This document shows, one piece after another, positions 56,101 through 64,000 of a stretch of DNA of 64,000 nt. The notes under the pieces are model-generated. The model was not told where the DNA came from. It did not search any database and saw only the letters and a program-made list of their open reading frames with translations. This DNA is from Macrostomum lignano. Lineage: Eukaryota. The stretch lies in contig NIVC01001441.1 in assembly GCA_002269645.1 (NCBI GenBank), positions 124,001-188,000 of the forward strand. Reading direction: 5' to 3'. Position numbers and translations under genes: made by a program. Position 1 is the stretch's first letter. Every line of letters starts with the position of its first letter.

Positions 56101-58957
56101 TTATGACGAGTGCAAACGGCGATTCAGCATCCGGCTGTGGAAGACCTTCACAGACTGCTTCAACTGCCTGCCGATTGCTGCCGTTATTGACGAGAAAATC
56201 TTCTGCTGCCACGGCGGCTTGTCGCCCGACCTGCAGAGCCTGGAACAGGTATGCGCTGGCTCTGTGGTTATGCGTCAAATTATGCGATTCGCGCTCCTGA
56301 GGGGCCATCACAGGGCCGCTGTACACCCCGTGTGTGCTCGGGTCATGAAAACGGGCACAGCTGCGTTGCTTTAAAGCTGTCATCCAGTCTAATTCAGTTT
56401 TTTTAAACTCTTTGCCTACTTTGAGGTTCGTCGCATCATGCGGCCGACAGACGTGCCGGACACGGGGCTGCTGTGCGACCTGCTCTGGTCCGATCCGGAC
56501 AAAGACGTCACGGGCTGGGGCGAGAACGACCGGGGCGTCTCGTTCACGTTCGGCGCCGATGTGGTGGCGAAGTTTCTGAATAGATTCGACTTGGACCTCA
56601 TCTGCAGGGCGCACCAGGTGAGCGCTGTTGTCTTCGAGCTGACGGATAGTCTTAGCCACAGATGATAGCTTTGCAGTTCATGTGTGAGACAGGCCTTCAG
56701 CAATTCCCCCATGAGCCTTGACATCTCAGTAATTCCCCCCCATGAGCCACAGCATCTCAGCAATTACCCAATGAGCCACAGAATCTCAGCAATTCCCCCA
56801 TGAATCATAGCATCTCAGCAATTCCCCCCATGAGCTTTGACATCTCAGTAATTCCCCCCCATGAGCCACAGCATCTCAGCAATTACCCAATTAGTCATAG
56901 CATCTCAGCAATTACCCAATTAGTCATAGCATCTCAGCAATTCCCCCCATGAGCTTTGACATCTCAGTAATCCCCCCCCAATGAGCCACAGCATCTCAGT
57001 AATTCCCCCCAATGAGCCACAGCATCTCAGTAATTCCCCCCAATGAGCCACAGCATTTCAGCAATTCTCCAATGAGCCACAGCATTTCAGCAATTCCCCA
57101 ATGAGCCACAGCATTTCAGCAATTCCCCAATGAGCCACAGCATTTCAGCAATTCCCCAATGAGCCACAGCATTTCAGCAATTCCCCAATGAGCCACATCT
57201 CAGCAATTCCCCAATGAGCCACAGAATCTCAGCAATTCCCCCCATGAGCTTTGACATCTCAGTAATCCCCCCCCCCAATGAGCCACAGCATCTCAGTAAT
57301 TCCCCCCAATGAGCCACAGCATTTCAGCAATTCTCCAATGAGCCACAGCATTTCAGCAATTCCCCAATGAGCCACAGCATTTCAGCAATTCCCCAATGAG
57401 CCACAGCATTTCAGCAATTCCCCAATGAGCCACAGCATTTCAGCAATTCCCCAATGAGCCACAGAATCTCAGCAATTCCCCCATAAGCCACAGCATCTTC
57501 CATTTTTAATTATCATTTGGATAGTTGATTGATTGCATGCTGTTTTGTCTGTTGCATCACCTGTCAATCAAACTTGTTTTGCGCTAAACATGCAGGTAGT
57601 GGAAGACGGCTACGAATTCTTTGCTCGCCGCCAGCTCGTCACGCTGTTCTCGGCGCCGAACTACTGCGGCGAATTTGACAACGCCGGCGGGATGATGAGC
57701 ATTGATGAGACTCTCATGTGCAGCTTCCAGGTTTGCTCACCTGTGCCTGTGCTCGCTTTAATTGGGATTAGTTTGTAGCTTGAGGTCTGGTTGATGAGGA
57801 TGCTGAGTGTTTAGCTGATGAAGGATGCTGAGGTCTGGTTGATGAGGATGCTGAGTGTTTAGCTGATGAAAGATGCTGAGGTGAAGTTGATGATGATGCT
57901 GAGGTGAAGTTGATGAGGATGCTGAGGTCAAGTGGATAAAGGATGTTGAGGTCAAGTTGATGAAAGATGCTGAGGTCAAGTGGATGAAGGATGCTGAGGT
58001 CAAGTTGATGAAGGATGCTGAGGTCTAGTTGATCAGGATGCTGACTGCTGAGGTCAAGTTGATGAAGGATGCTGAGGTCAAGTTGATGAAGGATGCTGAG
58101 GTCAAGTTGATGAAGGATGCTGAGGTCAAGTTGATGAAGGATGCTGAGGTCAAGTTGATGAAGGATGCTGAGGTCAAGTTGATGAAGGATGCTGAGGTCT
58201 AGTTGATCAGGATGCTGACTGCTGAGGTCAAGTTGATGAAGGATGCTGAGGTCAAGTTGATGAAAGATGCTGAGGTCAAGTGGATGAAGGATGCTCAGTT
58301 CTAGTAGATGAAGGATGCTGAGGTCTAGTTGATGAAGGATGCTCAGGTCTAGTTGATGAAGTATGCTGAGGTCAAGTGGATGAAGGATGCTCAGTTCTAG
58401 TAGATGAAGGATGCTGAGGTCTAGTTGATGAAGGATGCTCAGTTCTAGTAGATGAAGTATGCTGAGGTCTAGTTGATGAAGGATGCTCAGGTCTAGTTGA
58501 TGAAGTATGCTGAGGTCTAGTTGATGAAGTATGCTGAGGTCTAGTTGATGAAGTATGCTGAGGTCTAGTAGATGAAGGATGCTCAGGTCTAGTTGATGAA
58601 GGATGCTCAGTTCTAGTAGATGAAGTATGCTGAGGTCTAGTTGATGAAGTATGCTGAGGTCTAGTTGATGAGGATGCTGAGGTCTAGTTGATGAAGGATG
58701 CTGAGCCCTGAGGTCTAGTTGATGAAGGATGATCAGTTCTAGTTGATGAAGGATGCTGAGGTCTAGTTGATGAGGATGCTGAGGTCACATCGATGCAGAT
58801 GTTGAACTATCAGTGAGGGCTACCACTTGAGTTTGAATAGCTAGTCTGCCTCACCTCGCCACAGATTCTGAAGCCGAGCGAGAAGAAGGCAAAGTACCAA
58901 TACGGCGGCCTGGCCAACACCATTGCGCCAGTGCAGCAGCAGAGCTCAGCCAGCTGA
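49123..58957 (+). CDS. PPP1CB: Serine/threonine protein phosphatase 1 catalytic subunit, beta type (323 aa)
   Basis: Exons 49123-49174 ([17 protein letters not shown] g|gtaaga), 55749-56248, 56426-56617, 57596-57730 and 58865-58957; GDIHG, GDYVDRG, GNHE, SAPNYC motifs; beta-type residues [32 protein letters not shown]; AATAAA at 59442. Confidence 0.95.
49630..50230. mobile_element. Diverged inverted-repeat element (old MITE remnant)
   Basis: ccaagatggaattctt...gcttatgcacattt inverted relative to aaatgtgcgcaagc...aagaattccatcctgg. Confidence 0.35.
52310..52400 (+). mobile_element. 5' fragment of the MER58-like hAT MITE family seen at 15827
   Basis: CAGGGATGGGCAGACTTTT...GGCCAGATAAAGAATCCAGCTCATAGCTGAGGGCAGATGAAAGTGGAAA matches the left end and unit of 15827-16303; right TIR not found. 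Confidence 0.6.
52400..53350. repeat. GA-rich low-complexity tract including (AG)n
   Basis: About 950 bp, strongly purine-biased. Confidence 0.92.
54194..54745. mobile_element. MITE-like element with an exact 16-bp inverted repeat
   Basis: gaccaagatggccaca (54194-54209) / tgtggccatcttggtc (54730-54745); AT-rich interior; no TSD seen. Confidence 0.5.
56695..57500. repeat. 29-32-bp minisatellite (cagcatttcagcaattccccaatgagcca) in PP1 intron 3
   Basis: Direct. Confidence 0.95.
57778..58790. repeat. 24-bp minisatellite (ggatgctgaggtcaagttgatgaa) in PP1 intron 4
   Basis: Direct; period 24. Confidence 0.95.
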
Positions 58958-59619
58958 AGCGGCCAGGCGCCTGGAAACTTTGTTTAGGTTGCAATCGGAT
59001 GCGCTGAAATCCGTTGACTTCTGCCCATTTTTAATGCACGGCTTTGCCTTACCTGGTTAGACAAGAGAGTTGCTTATCACATCAATTTTTGAGTTGACTG
59101 TGTTGTAACCGCTAAAACTGATATAGAATCTGAATTGGATTACAAGTAATCGCTAGCAAGTATTGCTTGTTTTGCTGCGCTTCACAGTTCTTTGCCTTGC
59201 TGAAAACCTAGCCGCGTTATATTTTAATTAACAATTCTGTACTTCCCTATATTTGTCAGTTAACCTTATAAATAGCTGAATTGTGGTGAAGCTGCATAAC
59301 ATTCACTGAATTTGCTATTTGAATTTAGTACATAAATAGTTTATCTTACTAACGCTTTTACTCACTAAGCTTAGCTCGTAACCCGTTTTACCACGTCGCC
59401 TTGTGCCGCACCTCGTATGCAACTATGCGTATCTGTTATATAATAAACGAATACTCTGTTTTAAACTTCCTTAGTGTTATTGATTTTATTATATAAAGGA
59501 ATGTTGCCGCAGTTCAATGCTGAGCGCTCAGAAAAAGTACGGATTTTCATGGAAACCAACTTCAATTAGATTCTTTTCTAGAACTCTCTATTAGCTGACG
59601 GCTCTTTTCGAGTCACTTG

Positions 59620-59772
59620 ACCTTGGAATTCCCATCGACTCATTTCATTGGCTGGCAGTTTAATTAGACCTTGGGGACTCCCATCGACTCATTTCATTGG
59701 CTGGCAGCTTAATTTGACCTTGGGCTCCCTTCAACTCGTTTTATTGGCTGGCAGCTCTATTTGACCTTGGGT
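59620..59772. repeat. Three degenerate copies of an about 47-bp unit (gaccttgg..tcccatcgactcatttcattggctggcag)
   Basis: Direct. Confidence 0.75.
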
Positions 59773-61677
59773 GCAACCTCAGTTTTATGGCTAGTAGCTA
59801 TTTTTAGTTGTAGCACTTGTGCCAGCATCTTGAACATTAGTATTAAAAAAGAATCAATACTTCAGATATTTTCGGAACTTTCAGACGTGTTTATAAAGTG
59901 AGAATTTCGTAAATGTTTGGTTCAAAGGTGTTTTTCACGGGTTTCACAATTCACGGGTTGTATTTGGTTCAAATACAACCCTTGAATTGTTTTGATTAAT
60001 ACAAACTTAACGATGGTTTTCACAGTTTAATTCATATCTGCTTGCTAAGCCTGCACATGGCTGCAGTCTGTGCTAACCAGTGCTGGACCTGCCACCTTTA
60101 TTTGTACTTTTATTGCACCCTGCATGATTAGCTTTGAAATAGCTTTTCAATCCTCAGCCGCTCGCCGCAAATCTGCTTGCATGCTACTGTGAATAGTAAT
60201 ATGAAATATTTATTGTATATGCATAGGCCTGTTTGTATCTGAGTATTATTATTCAGCTATTTACATTTGTGAATTTTATATAATTACTATATTCTTAATA
60301 ATAAACTAAAATAAAGCAGATAAAAGAGCCACTTTGCTATGCTGCCAACCAGAGAAAAATGCCACCCGGTTCGGCTTTGATCCTCATTTTCTTGCTGTTT
60401 GGTCATAACCATGGAGTCTGTCCTGCCGTCCCTCGGGGGGGGGCGAGATTAATAAAATATAAGGTTTGCATAAGCGTTCGGGCGCGTTTTGGCTACTATC
60501 AGTAGCACAATTTTTTAATTCAGAGAGAAATTGCTATATCAAGCCCGTATTTTATTTGTTTAGTAAAAAAACAGACAGGTATGCAGTTCGTAGGAGTTAT
60601 AGAAATTGCAGCTTGAGTACATTCGGGGAAAGGGGAGACATGCATCTGTACATTCCGTGTATATGCTAATATTAAATAAAGTACAGCATGCAACTTCTGT
60701 AGAGAATTCTCCTATTTTTCCATCTAAAGTTGTCATGACAAAGTTATTGGAAAGAGAAAATTACAGAAAAATAGAAAACTGATATGCGACTATAGAGCGT
60801 AAAAGTATCAATCCGAGAAGTGTAAAGCCGGCAGATAGACTTGTGTATGTAGGTTGAATATTGGAATGCATGGCGAACGCTATATGTACAGTTGGACAAA
60901 AACTACTGTCGAAATGGAATGAATATTAACAACGGAGACTCCACAGATACAGGCAGTTAAAATTATATTGATAATCAACGAATCCAAATACATAATATTA
61001 AGTGCAACATCACTACTGTTTACTGCCCTGCCGAAATTTAAACAACCAAACCAGTTGAATGTACATGTAGGTCATCACTCAAGCAATTTAAGTATCTCAC
61101 TTCAGTACAAAAATCGGTCTGATTAGAAGCAGCTGTCACGTGACTGCCCCTGCGCTATTATATAGCAATCGACTGAATGCATGCGTGTTGTTGCCAGTAG
61201 TAACGACCGGGTGATTCCCAAGGTCACCCTCTCTCCTGCTTCTGGCTAGGCTAAGGAATGTACATTATCGATATCTACGTGTATCGGGCTATCCCGAGTG
61301 TACATTGATAAGAATGATTAATCTATTTAGCCAGCCCACTCTCTAATTGCCTTCCCACCAGAAGAACACCCACTATAATACATCGCCCGTTGAGGGGTAT
61401 CCCGATAAAAGCACCACTGGACGGCGGGCTGTCTTAATTAAGGCGTTTTTATTGGGAGACTCGACAAAAATTACCGCCAAAATTTAGGTTAGGCCAGGGT
61501 TAGGTCGTCGCCAGGGTTACCGCTGTGGCATGGCTACTAAGCACTTGGACACAATCTAAGGTACTTTTCAGCAATCTCAGATGAGTCAAGCCTTAGCCTT
61601 CGCGCCGGCCACGATATCAAAGTCCAGCAGCTTGCAGAAGCGGCCCTCCCTGTCGCCAGCTGGCTGCCCGTACACGG

Positions 61678-63015
61678 CTAGGCTGACGGCGGCGTCGGCG
61701 GCCCGGCGGCGGCGAGTCGCAGCCGCTTGGACCACTGCTCGCTTCCGTTGGCGCCGCGGCGCCGGCGCATGTCAAACCAGGCGGCGCCGTCGTTCAGCAC
61801 CAGCGACAGCGCCCGGAATCCGGGCGCCTCGAGGCGGAACGCGTGAGTCCGACCGGCTGGCAGGCGCTGGGCGAGCGGCTCCACCAGGCGGCAGCCGCAG
61901 AACAGGCTGGTCTGCAGCGGGAACGGCTCTGGCGGCGGTGCGGACGGCGGCGACTCCGAGGCCAGCAGGACGCAGCGATAGACGCAGGACAGCTCGGGGT
62001 CGGCTTGGCGGCCCGCGTACACCTGGAGACAGCGGCCGCGTAACTTTGAATGCATGACTCGTTTGGGATTGAATGTGACTCATTAACAACGAGTGTGACT
62101 CATTCACAACGAGTGTGACTCATCACAACGAGTGTGACTCATTCACAACGAGTGTGACTCATCACAACGAGTGTGACTCATCACAACGAGTGTGACTCAT
62201 TCAATGGCAAGTGTGACTCATTAAATGGCGAGTGTGACTCATTCAATGGCGAGTGTGACTCATTCACAGGGACACAGGGACGAGTGTGACTCATTCACAG
62301 GGACACAGGGACGAGTGTGACTCATTCACAGGGACACAGGGACGAGTGTGACTCATTCACAGAGACGAGCGTGACTCATTCACAGAGACGAGTGTGACTC
62401 ATTCACAGAGACGAGCGTGACTCATTCACAGAGACGAGTGTGACTCATTCACATAGACGAGTGTGACTCATTCACAGAGACGAGTGTGACTCATTCACAG
62501 AGACGAGTGTGACTCATTCACAGAGACGAGTGTGACTCATTCAATTTAAGCGTGAATCTTTGAGCCAATTAAAAAACATCTGTTAGTGATTCATCCAACG
62601 GCACTTAGCGGTCACTCACCGACAGCAGGCAGGCGGCAGCGCCCGAGCCCCCGGTCTGCGGACAGGCCAGCCAGTACTCGCGCCCGCCCTGCAGCAGCGC
62701 GAAGGAGTCGCATCTCTCCGCCGCGCCAGGCGCGTATCTGGTCAGGGTGTGCGCGATGCGGAGGCCGGTGCCGGCTTCGGCGGGCGCCAGCAGCGTCAGC
62801 GGCAGTCGCTGGTGGGGCGGCTCGCCACCCGGCTGATGCCGCAGCAGGGGGTCCGCGCCGGGAAACCCGACGCCGAGGCGGGCGGCGGCGGGCGTCTCGC
62901 CGATGGGCTGACTGGCGGGGTCCGGCGGGAACGGCGACGCTGGGGTGCGACGGGTCGACGGCTGCTGGGCGCAATTCACCAGCAGAGTGGCGGCGAGCAG
63001 CTGTTGCTGCTTCTC
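61678..63015 (-). CDS. 3' part of a gene encoding a PH-like domain protein; upstream exons lie beyond the window
   Basis: Exons 63015-62620 (tttgcccccag| ... tcg|gtgagt) and 62022-61678 (ctgtctccag|), both phase 0; FALLQGG-EYWLAC-LLSVY...CRLVEP...HAFRLEAPG..LSLVLND...EQWSKRLRLA fits PH strand/helix order; the true stop may be 61586. Confidence 0.6.
62073..62545. repeat. 21-30-bp minisatellite (gagacgagtgtgactcattcaca) in the intron of the PH-domain gene
   Basis: 21 copies of TGACTCA counted. Confidence 0.95.
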
Positions 63016-63086
63016 CTGGGGGCAAACAAATTTTAATAGAAATTGGAATGCCGCTTTTTAGGAAAAGCCTTCTGTGGGTGGCTCTT

Positions 63087-64000
63087 CGACTCTCATTCGC
63101 ATGACTCTCATTTCTCATTCGCATGACTCTTATTTCTCATTCTCATGACTCTTATTTCTCATTCTCATGACTCTCATTTCTCATTCTCATGATCTCATTT
63201 CTCATTCTCATGATCTCATTTCTCATTCTCATGACTCTCATTTCTCATTCTCATGATTCTCATTTCTTATTCTCATGACTCTCATTTCTCATTCTCATGA
63301 CTCTTATTTCTCATTCTCATGACTCTCATTTCTCATTCTCATGATTCTCATTTCTCATTCTCACGACTCTCATTTCTCATTCTCATGATTCTCATTTCTT
63401 ATTCTCATGACTCTCATTTCTCATTCTCATGATTCTCATTTCTTATTCTCATGACTCTCATTTCTCATTCTCATGACTCTCATTTCTCATTCTCATGACT
63501 CTTATTTCTCATTCGCATGACTCTTATTTCTTATTCGCATGACTCTCATTTCTCATTCTCATGACTCTCATTTCTCATTCGCATGACTCTCATTTCTCAT
63601 TCTCATGACTCTTATTTCTTATTCTCATGATTCTCATTTCTCATTCTCATGACTCTCATTTCTCATTCTCATGATTCTCATTTCTTATTCTCATGACTCT
63701 CATTTCTCATTCTCATGACTCTTATTTCTCATTCTCATGACTCTCATTTCTCATTCTCATGATTCTCATTTCTCATTCTCACGACTTTCATTTCTCATTC
63801 TCATGATTCTCATTTCTTATTCTCATGACTCTCATTTCTCATTCTCATGACTCTCATTTCTCATTCTCATGACTCTTATTTCTCATTCGCATGACTCTTA
63901 TTTCTTATTCGCATGACTCTCATTTCTCATTCTCATGACTCTCATTTCTCATTCGCATGACTCTCATTTCTCATTCTCATGACTCTTATTTCTTATTCTC
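63087..64000. repeat. 22-bp minisatellite (tctcattctcatgactctcatt); runs off the window end
   Basis: Direct. Confidence 0.96.

Noticed and set aside
61135-61144. Perfect GTCACGTGAC (CLEAR/E-box) palindrome near a TATA-like run
   Set aside because: Single motif with no adjacent gene start identified; chance occurrence plausible
61480-61520. ttaggttagg/gggttagg telomere-like words
   Set aside because: Too short and degenerate; no TIRs or TSD found to define an element

Overview
Animal nuclear DNA. GC-rich, Ala/Pro/Gln-rich spliced genes sit among AT-rich islands and a very high load of micro- and minisatellites. The style suggests a flatworm such as Macrostomum lignano, which is an inference only. 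Recognisable genes are an NKAIN homologue (two exons, carrying a 1-nt frameshift), B9D1 (two exons) and a five-exon PP1 catalytic subunit of the beta type whose first exon lies 6.6 kb upstream of the rest. Reconstructed orphan or lineage-specific genes are a three-exon Ig-like/mucin/TM receptor, a PH-domain gene fragment, and several hypothetical proteins. One tandem-repeat ORF may encode a GPI-anchored glycoprotein rich in N-glycosylation sites. Mobile DNA includes two copies of a tRNA-derived SINE with target-site duplications, a CORE-domain SINE, an RTE-like LINE fragment, a MER58-like hAT MITE, several inverted-repeat elements, and a nested hAT > Helitron-like > hAT stack inside PP1 intron 1. 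Most long ORFs in the supplied track are satellite artefacts. All gene models were assembled by eye from splice signals and remembered homology; no database search was run.
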